Shown here: one piece after another, positions 12,201-23,126 of the stretch
Position numbering within the stretch: position 1 is the first letter of the stretch
How the letters are laid out: the number at the start of each line of letters is the position of its first letter
Assembly (NCBI GenBank): GCA_051294905.1
Contig: CM119381.1
Location: forward strand, 19,282,001 to 19,346,000
Length of the DNA: 64,000 nucleotides
Source of the DNA: Botryllus schlosseri
Lineage: Eukaryota
Direction: 5' to 3'
Made by a program: the position numbers and the translations under genes
Notes under the pieces: generated by a model
What the model saw: the letters and a program-made list of their open reading frames with translations, nothing else
What the model was told of the DNA's origin: nothing
Database searches by the model: none

Positions 12201-12708
12201 CTTCTGCTGCCCTGATTCTTAGTCTTTCAATTTCACACTCGGCGCGAATGCGTTCCACTGAGGCGTGAGTTCTTACGGAACTGGCGGTCTTGCCAAATCG
12301 ACGGCTCCACGTTGCATCCTTTCTGAAATGCTGTCGGATGTCTCCGAGGTCAACACTTGCTGCAGAATTTGTGCTTTCGTCTCTGAATTCCTTGTAAGCA
12401 TTATTTACTCGGCGTTGGCCGTTTGCAATCCCTAAATTCAGCTCCCTTATCGAGCGGATACTCGGATGACGGGGTTCGTGCCTTTGTAGGGTTCGCTCCA
12501 ATTCATTCAAATCATCGTAGAGTTGAATACATAGATCGTCTAGCGCACCTTTAGACTTGATGATGAGTGGGTGCGAAGACGCGCTGTTGATTGCAGTGTA
12601 GAAAGCGCGCTCTGCTGTCTCGAAAGCAGCGCTGGATTCCTGCATGACTTTGTCAACATGCTGCTTGTTGAATGCTTTTCGATCGGCTGCTTGTCGTGTT
12701 GAATCCAT
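9295..12708 (-). CDS. BEL/Pao Gag-protease polyprotein (1137 aa), truncated before the RT core
   Basis: Capsid-like region (FNGDPLDYHRFINEF, KLNKLILYCTGPAKAAV); three Cys/His knuckles (CLLCNGAHPLYRC, CTNCLSYGHDHHSC, CHIDNCGSPHHSLLH); aspartic protease AFLDPG...DLLVGND...FGWCLGG; FQVGLPW lead-in. No YxDD, RNase H or integrase. Confidence 0.93.
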   Translation of the reverse strand: MDSTRQAADRKAFNKQHVDKVMQESSAAFETAERAFYTAINSASSHPLIIKSKGALDDLCIQLYDDLNELERTLQRHEPRHPSIRSIRELNLGIANGQRRVNNAYKEFRDESTNSAASVDLGDIRQHFRKDATWSRRFGKTASSVRTHASVERIRAECEIERLRIRAAEEQSKLKAEAKRAEAEAKRAKLELEAEEKQAKLELEAEEKQAELEARCEESKLATERQLLEATERLKIINAKSTCSGSVATQYVEPVAPVNSAVSTDPLYMPSTLGQSFVTLNTPAPVTLNSVAQGPINGPAVTHPVMTTRQSAAPASYIKFEPSSARLYDYSDPATDSGLEARSHGQARDYSQTPYPQAAYQRIPTGPAMPMDGIVSPPVQTGFADAAHNASRIPIDSSYSQPYNFGNPIITNAGLAPRPLDDFPPVVHSGGHIPVEYSQQTSENFGPSMPVSGYSSGTRHNDNHNNPWNNILGSIKRGFDLQTISVSSFNGDPLDYHRFINEFDSAFEPQGVDPSEIHPDRIKLNKLILYCTGPAKAAVAGCRAGRHDKQAYTHARKILHDNYGRNSYVTNAFIDQLRNGDPVDPNNRQSLIEASDQLRSARHVLTQCKAMTQVNALGVLHEIMGRYPKYFLQRFLGQHEEKMKGSNVTFEDFVDFVQRAADTSRTPTAQFVYSLPNSRYIPPKTRVKVHAASIHFPEHNVQRRSTSHQKLPPCLLCNGAHPLYRCDAFREKTPTDRNAYVEEKSLCTNCLSYGHDHHSCGSSYRCHIDNCGSPHHSLLHGAFQNVTRHVTNCHNRPTEIANVNAMLASATMIKNPVRLSVVPVKITSADSNAVMITNAFLDPGCGTCICTERLLEKLNVHGDQIDHEMETATGIAGGAAQFVSLSVQGLDQSTVINLEDVLSTPYFPNVNVHAPNADTIAACDHLSHISIPIAQTSDVDLLVGNDFLTSYPCTEVIPPQNELPGAKLSVFGWCLGGLDKSLSKSAPARDSVNFVNANFVHVDTFSKQCVSPVLPMSSICNADFSDICTDPYESKNSIEDEQALAAMNEPAPIMNNQFQVGLPWRMEEKKLPYDRGAVKKSLETQCSKVVKEPELFRKYKKMNENHFREYAQVVMSGLLSPTTRSYRKFCAMHWMRI

Positions 12709-12741
12709 CTTGACTTCAGTCGGTGCTTTATTTTTTAACTA

Positions 12742-13121
12742 TGTCCTGAGGGACGAGTTTCAGCTCTTTGACCGAGCTGGACGAGAGTATCTGGCTGATA
12801 GTATGTATGACTGACTTCCGATATTCCTAACTAGCTTGCCAATCCAGAGACAGTGTCTTTCCGGTACTTTGTATTGACGAACAGTGAGCACGGATCAACT
12901 AACCCAACTGATAACAAGACGTTAAAAAATACTTGCAATACTGCAAAATAAGAATACATCACGTCAGTGCCCTACCAAACGAGGAGCTACTCATGACCAT
13001 GCTTACTACACGGCCGTCGAAAGAAAGAGTGAAACGTGGTCGTGCTTCTTCTGCCGTCCGATGAGGCGAGTCGAGCGTGACCATTGTGACGAACGAATAG
13101 TGTTAAAGAACCACCGTGACA
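12742..13121 (-). repeat. 5' LTR (380 bp)
   Basis: Direct repeat of 8589-8968; only 33 nt separate it from the gag ATG. Confidence 0.96.
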
Positions 13122-16100
13122 CTTGCTTTGTCACAAAAGTTTGCTCCAAATATCCAGCTTTCCGATTGTGAATATTTAGCGACTCTCTGCTGTGAGCTCG
13201 ACTCGCAATCACACAACGTCACGAGCTAAATACACTTATAGTAATCAGCGAATGATGCTTATTCAACCAACCAAACTTGACTTCATATGTTTATTGTGGG
13301 TTTGGCTACTGCTGTATAACTTATTAATGGGATAATTTCGGTAGCAAGCATAGAAACCCTGTTTTACAGTCTGCTCAAAATCAATGTAGCAATACTCAGA
13401 CGCCGAATACATTGTCTGGTCTGGCCAAGACCGTTAAGGCGTTTCTTATATTCCCTGGTAAGTCCTCGTTGAAGTTGTTGGCAAAGCGACGGATAATATT
13501 GATTTTATGGAAGTATTATATCATTTGATTGCCTCAGTTGATACATTTAGCGACGTTTAAAACGCCAATATGTACTTCCGCATTGTGGGATTATGTGAGA
13601 GAGAGAGAGTCTTATGTGGCCCGAGTCGTCGCTAGGTATCGTGTATACGTACATGTACATTGATATAGGTTATCACTTCATTGAAAGATAGGATTGGAAT
13701 TAGCAATATGGCGTCACGTGACGTCATGAGGTTCACGTTCGTGTTCACACAGAACCTTTCAAAAAGGTTCGCGTTCACACGAACCTGAACCTTTCAGAGG
13801 TTCACACCATCCCTACCGGAGACTGTCTGCGGGCCGGGTCCGTGTACGGCCCGCAGACGGTGTATTGTCCGTCCCTGGTATATAGCCTCGTGCACTGCGT
13901 ATAAATTTCTGGGGGCGTGTAAGAGAACTAACGACAACTTCAGGAAGAAAAGACTTTTCTTCGGCGCCATCGAAACCAGTTGCGGCGCAGACCTGCCCCG
14001 CTGAATATAAAAGCGGGATTGCATTGATATAGGCCTATTTACCGTACCTGATATTATAATATCTGGAGTGTGTCAAGATGAGGAAGATTTTTGCTCTTTT
14101 CATGGTGATGACAATAATCACTTTTTCAGGTAAGAATTCTTGTGCTGTAATTTTATTAGTCTATTATACTATATAATTTATTTATAAATGGTTGGAAACA
14201 AAGTGAATAGGCCAAAAATTATAAATCTAACCCCCGAAAAACAAAAACATTATCAGTAACATACTTGTCATGTTCAAATATGGTTGACGGCATTATGGAA
14301 ATACGTAGTGATTTTTTACTTGTTCGAGACGAATAAAAATACCAACGTCAAAGGTTTGGGAATTGGAATCGGACAACATGTTTTATGGTCATTACAGGAT
14401 AGACAACATCGTACTTATAACATATTGAAATCTCAGAATGTTTCCTCCAATCATTTTTTTTTGGAGGGAAGGGGGCAAATTTTTGTAGTTCGGGGGAACT
14501 CCCCCAGAAGAACGCCCTTCAGATCCGTCCATCCCTCTACGGTCAATTCCATCACTACCCTATACATATGATTCATAGACAGAAGACACACCCACCGGGA
14601 TTATGCGATTCATGAGCGAGGTGAATTGGGTGGCCAACTCAATACTTATCTGTTTAATCAATTTAGTGTTTATATCCATTGGCGTGGGCTACCCCGCACC
14701 CAAATCCCAAATATTAAAGTAATGAAACGTCAGTATGAAAAAATTTCAAAGTTGTTGAATGAATTTGTTCAATATTATTGGTACTTCCACATACATGATC
14801 TGATCTACCGGTAGAACTGAGAACTTTCAGCTACTCAAAAAATATAGGAATCGCTCACACGTACCAACAGACCCACTAAACGAAAAATTCTTTCACGGCG
14901 TGCAATATTTTCTGCTGCGGATTGCATCTGTACCGCTGGGCTCAGATTGCAGGACTATTCGGAGCCGGCAATTTCTGCAACTGTTCATATCAATATCAAA
15001 GGCCAACGTGTGCCGGTCATTCCTGTGTCAGACTGCATTGCCTAAATAAGCGTATTAGTTTCGGGAGCAGTAACCCTATTAATATCAATAATAATCCGTG
15101 ACCCTAGATCGCGTGTAACGAAAAGAAAAATTTTAAGTTGAATACATCTGTTCTAAAATACTCACTTCCTTACTTCTTACTTCGAAAAATATGTTCGATG
15201 GGCATGGCCATTTGGCCCCCTGGCTACGCCTACGGACGCCACCAAAACGATAACCTTTTTATGTTAAATATAACACGGCCAGATATCATCCTGCGTTATG
15301 TGTAATTACCGGCATCATAATAAATATACGCTATTATAGAGCATTCTGCAATTACCAATTTTTTAAATTTTGGCAGGCAGATATAACTCCTATACTACTG
15401 GAGGTATATGATTCACAGTCGAATGAGGTTTGCTCATAAAACGTTCTTTTGGAAAACAACTATTCTATTTTTTCTCGCTATACAGGTATAGCTTTTTGAG
15501 TGGCATATTTTTCCGTTTTATCGCTGTCATGTATGTGTATACTTATGTATTTCATTCAATTATATGCGCAAAGGCGATGACTAAAAGAAAGTAGCCGGCA
15601 TCACTCCCTGGCTTGTTTCCAACAGGAAGCAAAATTTGCGTTTGTGACTGTTTCGCTTTCCCAGTTTGGTGAATCGCATTTCATCAGGAAGCAAGTATTA
15701 GCTCTTGCGACTTTCATCAATTGATACGAACGAAGTTCTTGTTGCGTCTAGGGAAGTTGATAGCTTATTGTCATTCATCGGTCCAAGCCTTACTATTTAC
15801 ATACACACTCTCGGCGTCCAAAATGTTGAATAGCGGCAAAACTGACGTCATATATGCTCGGTGCCCTATAGTGGGCGAGTGGACTGTGCATGTGCATCTG
15901 TGATGTCAGAAATCGGATAGCCATCATTGTCCGAGGGTCTATCCGAGTTCGGGATGGGCCTAGAGGCCATTTGAATAATTACAGCTCCAACTAAACTATG
16001 GATATTTGTTATTTAGCATCAAGGCGCGTCAAGGGAAAACGAGGCTGTCAATGGTACTGCCAAAGATGCGCACGTATGACATTTTCGTTATATATATTTA

Positions 16101-16270
16101 TACTTACTAACGCTGACTGATGATGTTTTCGCCTCTGGAGCCTACTGTGCTCGCTGCTCAATTGTGCTCATGCTCATCAATTCACATTCAACAAGGCAGC
16201 AGACAGACCGCCAAGCGCAAATCTAAAATATGCAACTCTGTCACACTAGTGATGCTACACCCAGTGATAT

Positions 16271-16376
16271 CTCATCCGCGTAAGCGGTGTCTTACAGGAG
16301 CCTAGAAGTGTGTCGTGCTACAAGTAGGCAGTTACGGAATCAAAAATAAGGAATATCGGCTTGGTGTAAATTACCA
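16271..16376 (+). mobile_element. 5'-truncated copy of the tRNA-derived SINE at 23127
   Basis: CTCATCCGCG..AGCGGTGTCTTACA..GCCTAGA..GGCAGTTACGGAA..ATCGGC.TGGTGTAAAT matches the SINE body; the tRNA head is absent. Confidence 0.75.
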
Positions 16377-16761
16377 ACCCCTGTTTCAGCTGTGGATTAT
16401 ACCACTATCGCCATCGCGCCATGGTGTGTCGTGTCGCGGTTATAGCCGGCGCCGAAATGCCTCTCCTCTGAATTCGGCGTCTTTTCTTGGTGTAGCGGGG
16501 CAAGCCTATTCATTACAATGAAGCTATCTAGCGACATTAATGCGCTCGGTGCGCATGTAAAATGTTCAATTTGAATCAATCTAAAAGATATGTAATTTAC
16601 GTTGATTTACGTCATACTTTAGCCCGCTACGAGCTCACCCCCATTTGGGGGTTCGGGTGCGACAGTTAGGCTTACGACCCTGGGTATGGGTATAGCCTTC
16701 ATCATTAGACCTACGCTAAAACTGCTTGAGGTTTGATATGATGTATAATCATTGTTTAGAT

Positions 16762-18914
16762 CAGAGGTCTCAAACTCAAATGTGCTCGCGGGCCATTTTC
16801 TAGTTTTTGATGACGCCGCGGGCCGCAGCGTCAATAATAGGGATATTCAATGTATAATTTCCAAGTAGGTCTTATTTGACGGGACCTTGCAGACAGGCAT
16901 TCCACAAACATCTCGGAAATTTAATTTACGATTGCATTATTCACGCTTGACACGGAGAAAATCACAGTTTCAAATATTTGAATAAAATTGTTTTTGTGCG
17001 GGACATAATTTTTTAATTAATGAGTTATATAGACATCATACGAGAGTTCGCATCATGACATCGTAAAACTGTCGGGTTATAATATTGTAACTAGTGAACC
17101 TTTGACGCGCCACAATTTTATGTAGAATATTTTAAAATCTACTGAAGAATGATCTGATATCAGACATTTGAGCGATGTAGCCTAATCCTGGTTTCGATAA
17201 AGTCGTGATAAGTATAGGCTATTGGTATTGTCATTGCCAACTTCAAATTAAATCAGCGTTAGATTTTGCCTTCGATTATTATTGGAACATATCAATAACA
17301 AATTAAATATAATCATTATTGAGCCATAGTAATAGCATTGCTACTTAATCTTATTAGTAGGGCAAGTTTTTGTTGCACTAAAAACCTGAGAAAGTTGCAA
17401 TTATTTTTTAAATTTTAACAAAAGTTGCAGAAGTTGCATTTATAAATTTTTTTGAAATCATGAGGGTATGAGATTCTCGAAAGGTTCCAGCATTTTAAAA
17501 TTTGCATGGTGTCTGCTTGTTCCGTTTCTTTCTTCGCTATTCAATCGATCATGGATACATTTTTATTTACATAGGGTTCGCACAATTTGCCAGTTTCAGG
17601 GAGTTTCATGACTAACGGAATAGTGGGTATGCAGCATACCCGAAAAAATTGCTAGGTAAACACGGCATACCCAGTATACCTGCGTCCGGCGCCTATATGG
17701 TGGGCCGCATTGTCACTTGAAATCCATTAATTTATTCTTTATTATAGTTTTATAGCATATTTTGCGCAATACTTGATAAAAGTTGCAGAAAAAAGTTGCA
17801 TGGAAAATATAGACAAAAGTTGCAAAAAGTTGCAACATTAAACTCCTCCAAACAGATTAAAACACCATACTACATACATTATGAGTATTAACGAAGCTTC
17901 CAGAAGTTGTAAAAAAAAGTTGCAAAAGTTGCAAAACCTTGCCCTACTTATTAGCGATCGTACCCCTTGTACTTTCAATGAAATTTCTCGTAGTCCCTGT
18001 CCATTTTCAACTCAATTTCTGATGGTCCTATATTAAAATCAGAAAGCGCATTGACATAAAATCGCACGTAGCGCGAAGACTATTTTCCAGTTGAATTAAT
18101 TGGCCAAGAACATATTCCACAGCACATAGGCCTAATTCCACAATTCATCTCGCACACCCTGATGCGGTGCTTCGTACCCTGGTGGGGTCTACGAACTTGA
18201 ACCCCTGGAATAGAAATGTCCAATCGGCGAATAATTCATTGGTGTTACAGCTGTAGAGCGTACTACCAGACCTACCCTACTCGCCACCGATAATAACATC
18301 GATAAAGAGAAAAAAACAACACCCAACATGTAATCAACTATACGTCACGGGGGTCATAGAATGCCAATGGTTGGTTGCCATACTGACCTGATTAGATAGC
18401 TATATACCCTACGCAACGCAAGCTACGACCTTTTGATATATTAATATTATCATGGCAGTTTCATAGATTGTTGCGTCCGTAGGATTAACAAGTCACCGTT
18501 CCGAGTCGAAAGTCCTCCTCTGATTTTAACGTTTGACCCGACTCAACTAGAGTCAATTACCCAATCAATCCGAAATCGAGTAATTTTACTAGAAGGTTGC
18601 ACCAAACCAAATCAAAATTTTCAGTCACGAATCATCAACGGGTCATGTTTTATCGTCATGAACTAGACATGTGACGTAATAGCTGATCTTCTACCACATG
18701 GTAGCATTTAAAAGTGATGTGATATAGTGAAGTTTGTTGAGATGTCAGTGATTTTCATAGTAGTTTTAGGGTGAAATGTAAGTTCTACTTATAAAAGATA
18801 TATCGCACTTGAATATATTGTTGAATACTTGAAATTCCAAAATGTCGTCGCGGGCCGCACAAAATGCTCTGGCGGGCCGCATGCGGCCCGCGGGCCGCGT
18901 GTTTGAGACCTCTG
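16762..18914. mobile_element. Buster-type hAT non-autonomous element (2153 bp including a nested insert)
   Basis: TIRs CAGAGGTCTCAAAC / GTTTGAGACCTCTG; exact TSD GTTTAGAT; GCGGGCCGC subterminal clusters. Confidence 0.92.
17358..17946. mobile_element. Nested hAT MITE (589 bp) with AAAGTTGCA subterminal repeats
   Basis: TIRs TAGGGCAAG / CTTGCCCTA; exact TSD CTTATTAG (17350-17357, 17947-17954). Confidence 0.9.
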
Positions 18915-20180
18915 GTTTAGATGCTACAGTTATGGGTATGGCCACCATCATTAGACCTACACTAAAACTGCTTTAGGTTTGATTAAGATGTATAAACGTT
19001 GTTTAGATGCCACAGTTATGGGTATGGCCTCAATCATTAGACCTTCACTAAAACTGCTTTAGGTTTGATTAAGATGTAAAAACGTTGTTTAGATGGTGAG
19101 TTATTGTGCACACTGCACATAAGGCACAGCGTGGTTCGTTTCATTGGTTATATATATATTCTTTTTATTCGTAGATTTTCCTCGTATATGCATTCACTGT
19201 ATCGGACGCAGCCAGTGTCAGCGATCGGGGGGAAATATAATAGCCGACTCCGACTATCTTGACCATCCTGGGATGAGCTTGGAGCAGAAGTGATGATTCA
19301 AATAATAAATATAACAGCGATTCGATATCCCAAATAAATCTCGGTCGAATCTTTCTTGATTGCATTTTCAAAATATCCATGCAGAAAATGAGTGATGACA
19401 GGCAAATGCGAAGCAAAGGCCGTGAAGACGGCGTTAGGAACTTATGACTCGCGATCCACCGCATTTAGCACCGCATACCCAAGCAAGATCGCAATTCATG
19501 TCATCTTGGATTTCACGATGCGTTGATTAATCAGAGAGGAAAGTAGACACGGCGACTTCTGCATGATAATGTTGTATTCAAATGCATAATGTCTTCATTA
19601 TCGTCGCCGACAATAAATGAATGCCCTTGGGAAAGACATTCCCAACTACGAATTCAAATTGCAAACATAGCCAACCACATTCCCATTTGTTAGGTAGCTA
19701 TATGTAGATCGTAATGGCCTTAAAGTCGGCTTGTATCGCAGCGCTATGTGAATTTGAGAATTGAATGGATAAGTTAACCAGGTGATATCAGTAAATAATA
19801 TTCTCCTTCGCGGAAGTTAATAACCCGGCTTGGGGCAGAGGAAACTCATTGAACCCTGCGTGACTGCCAGTGTCAGTAGAATAATTGAGGTATGACCTGG
19901 TTTCTCTTGCAACTGCTGTACGGATTCCGTGGAAGGCCGCTTTAACTGTAAGAATCTTATTACTGAGGAAGAATAAACAATGGATCCACACTTTTACTGA
20001 AGTAATACAATTTCTGGTATTTCGAATATATCATAGACGACTATGAATGGCTCTCATGGAAATGCAATTAAAAACATGTAGCTTGCGAAAAGTTCATCGA
20101 ATGCTGTAGCTAAGACAAAGCGTCACATGCTGAAATGTCAACAACAAGCAAGCATTGCATAGCATAACACATACACGATA

Positions 20181-20837
20181 GGGGTCTTCAAAAATGACTT
20201 TTTTTCTCAAATCGTACTGGCTTTGATAAAATTGTTAGGTTACCTAATTGAGGCCTACACACTAAATTTGGTTCAATTCCACCCAGTAGCCGCATTGCTA
20301 CAGGAGAAGAAAGTTTCTATTTATTATCTAAAAATAAATAACAAAAAATTGGAAAATTTTCTGTTCACCTCATGAAAGTGTTCGGTTGTCTATAGAAACG
20401 ATGTTCACCAAATTTGGTTCAATTGCCACCAATGGAAGCGGAGTTATTGCCGTCGAAAAATTTGGATATGTATAAAATAGTATTTACGGTGGGCACCACC
20501 ATAATAAATAATTAAAGAATTGGTGACAGTAAACACTATTTTATTCATAATCCAAATTTTTCGACGGCAATAACTCCGCTTCCACTGGTTGGAATTGAAC
20601 CAAATTTGGTGGACATCGTTTCTATGGACAACCTAACACTTTCATGGAGTGAGCAGAAAATTTTCAAATTTTTTGTTATTTATTTTTATAAAATAAATAG
20701 AAACTTTCTTCTACTGTAGCAATGCGGCTACAGGTTGGAATTGAGCCAAATTTGGTGTGTAGGCTTAAATTAGGTAACATAACAATTTAATCAAGTAGCC
20801 AGTACGATTTGAGAAAAAAGTAATTTTTGAAGACCCC
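20181..20837. mobile_element. Almost fully palindromic MITE (~660 bp), TA-flanked (Tc1/mariner-like)
   Basis: TA|GGGGTCTTCAAAAA ... TTTTTGAAGACCCC|TA; ~300-bp arms are reverse-complementary around ~20500. Confidence 0.88.
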
Positions 20838-21501
20838 TAATATACAATTATACATTTTACGCATGCATGCAGAATGACATCCGAGCAAAATATCGAGTGC
20901 GAGGCTCGAGGCATTCCACATATTCCTTAATATCAAAACAGCCATTGGTATGATAGCTTCGAGGGATTCTGGAGTCGATCTCGGTCGGACTCGCAAGTCG
21001 CTACCCGTTAGTATTGCAGAGGTAGAACATACAACTACGCTACTCGTCACCCCGCAGTCGGGGATTGGTAAACCAACCTGGCAGTGCTTCTTGTATGTAT
21101 AAATGAAATATGCTCCGTTACTGGTCACGGTTACGCTAAAATTTCGTCGTCAAATCGAAATTTGCGTCAACCGTAGAGATCGATCACACTTGCAAAAGTA
21201 CTGACAAGGTGAGTGCCAAGGTGCGTACTGCGTATCGACGACAGTCGTGTTCATTGCGTAGATATAATCTGTGTTTTGAACTGATAACTATGAATGAAAG
21301 AATGAATGAGCGCAGTTACTTCGCTGGTCGGTCTCACTAGAATACTAGATGTCTGTATTGTCTGTTTTGATATTGTGTGTTCCTCAATGATTCCTGATTA
21401 AGTGATTATATACCTCATAATGTCATAAGAATAAATCTCATATCAAGCGATGTTACTTGGTTTGCTTTGGATAAAACTCTCCGCAAAGTTTAACGGCCTA
21501 C

Positions 21502-22769
21502 CAGTGATTCCCAACTGCGGCTCCCAGCTACCCTTCTTGCGGCTCCCATTGACGTTTGAAAATCCCACAAAAATATTTCACACTCAAATGCATTACGATC
21601 GGCACTCAAATCTAAGTCAGCTCACCATCAGACTTAAGTGTCAATTTTCCCGGTCCAGGTCGATGCGTCAATTGTAGGCAACGCAACACTCGCTGCAGGT
21701 TAGCCAAATACCGACAAGCCCGGAAATAGGTATTTCATGATATGAGGTTCTGCTGCATGAAATCGTTGAGTGTAAACGATTTGTTATTTTTCGATAACGA
21801 AATGCTCTCATATCGTGTTCTGCTGAGCGAATGATATCAGTGGCGCTTGGTTGGATGAGAGGAAAGTTGTGAATAGACTGCTATTGCTACGTCATTGTTG
21901 TTTCAAAGTAACGTGCAAGAACATTCCAATTGCACGAGTAACAGTTATTGTTACTTAATTAAGGCAAAATCCATCAGCAGCTGTCCAGTGTCCAGTTCTC
22001 GATTTTACTCCATTTTTGTGAACTTTTTTTAAAACTTGATCTGAAGCTGTTACAAATGCTATAGGATAATCATCAGGTATTTGCTTAAATCTAATGTATA
22101 TTCAAGCTTTAAATTGTGTCAGAAAGGCCTTTAAAGAAAGCACGTAAACTTCAGCAGTAAAATCGTGTTTTTCAAAGTTACTTGGAAGAAAGGTAGTTTC
22201 AAATTGTGGTAGAAAATAAAGTCCATTGCCTTATTCGGCCTGTGGTGATAAGTAGTGTAAATTCTTTTAACATTGAGAGGCACTACAAAAGTCAAATCCT
22301 ATTGCAGTCAGATATCGAGCTGAAGCAACTATTTCAAAGTGAAGACTTACTTGAATTTTGGAGTCAAGTTCCAGAAGGAAAGTATCCCAATTTGATAACC
22401 AATGCCCAGAAAAACGCTTCTCTATTTGGATCAGCATATGTATGCGAAGCACTTTTTAGCAAAATGGTCAGAATAAAAAATCAATATCGCAATCGATTGA
22501 CCGATGACCACCTCAAGCAGCTATCTGCGTACTGTACCCTCTGCAATTACGCCTCGCTTTGACACAATTCCTGAAGCTCAAAGCCAATGCGAAGTTGGGT
22601 ATTAAATTGATTTGTGTAATCTTTTCTTGTTAGTGTTGCTATTTGTTGATACGTGCTTTCTTGATTCATAATTTTTGTTCTACACTTAATGAGTGTATTC
22701 GTGCGGCTCCAAATGTCTTCTGAAATTTGAAGTGTGGCTCCGACACCCAAAAAAGGTTGGGAACCACTG
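21502..22769 (+). mobile_element. Internally deleted Buster-type hAT element with transposase remnant
   Basis: TIRs CAGTGATTCCCAAC / GGTTGGGAACCACTG; degenerate TSD (GCCTAC vs GCCTATAC); GCGGCTCC subterminal motifs. Confidence 0.78.
22206..22562 (+). pseudogene. hAT transposase C-terminal dimerization-domain remnant (GTF2IRD2/ZBED/Buster-like)
   Basis: LLEFWSQVPEGKYPNLITNAQKNASLFGSAYVCEALFSKMVRIKNQYRNRLTDDHL matches the hATC pattern (W...YP.L...A......F.STY.CE..FS.M..IK...R.RL). Confidence 0.88.
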
Positions 22770-23126
22770 GCCTATACGATGTTTGAAATTATACTACTTA
22801 GGAATATACTAAAATAATACATTTTTAACGGAATATATTCATACACCATTTTGTAATTCAGATAAAATTATTGCACACAAATCGTTATGCATTATCTCAA
22901 CACGAAAACTTTATATGAAATGCCACGCTGTAATACTGTCGCATTAATATGAATATATTTGTGCGTGTTATCAAATTCTAATTACATTCAAAATTATATC
23001 TGGTTCAATAAGGGCCGGTGGAGCTGTTACAACAAACGTCGTCGCGTGTTATGTCATAGTAGTACACCTGAGTGAGTCAGGTCCGTCGGAAGAAGAAATT
23101 ATACGCAGCGAGGCAACCTTCTACAG

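Larger units (their letters stand above)
8589..13121 (-). mobile_element. BEL/Pao LTR retrotransposon, internally deleted (gag-protease only), 4533 bp
   Basis: 380-bp TG...CA LTRs (8589-8968, 12742-13121), identical by eye; 5-bp TSD CTTGC; PPT-like AGGGCCGGCTA before the 3' LTR; single 1137-aa ORF. Confidence 0.96.
8330..13815. mobile_element. hAT MITE family A, copy 1 (~950 bp), interrupted by a BEL/Pao LTR element
   Basis: TIR TAGGGATGGTGTGAAC; exact TSD CCGGAGAC (8322-8329, 13816-13823); homologous to 26937-27899 and 48836-53114. Confidence 0.95.
7917..13877. mobile_element. Outer Buster-type hAT MITE (~470 bp without its inserts) hosting two nested elements
   Basis: TIRs CAGGGACGGGCAA / TTGTCCGTCCCTG; flanks (CA)GTATAG vs GTATATAG form a degenerate TSD; GCGGGCC subterminal motifs at both ends. 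Confidence 0.7.
16680..19094. repeat. 86-bp tandem repeat (3 units: ~16680-16761, 18923-19008, 19009-19094) split by a hAT insertion
   Basis: Unit ..TATGGGTATGGCC..CATCATTAGACCT..CTAAAACTGCTT.AGGTTTGAT..GATGTA.AA..TTGTTTAGAT read directly. Confidence 0.85.

Noticed and set aside
11864-12268. Ser/Ala-rich plus-strand ORFs opposite gag (similar short ORFs lie opposite WDR49 and NDX)
   Set aside because: These are antisense shadows of real coding sequence.
12718-12729. AGTCGGTGCTTT matches the 3' end of the SpCas9 tracrRNA/sgRNA scaffold
   Set aside because: Only 12 nt match, the rest of the scaffold is absent, and it lies in the BEL leader. Treated as chance.
15590-15960. Minus-strand frame with GKR/KRK dibasic sites (neuropeptide-precursor-like)
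   Set aside because: No signal peptide, interrupted by stops, and no repeated peptide units.
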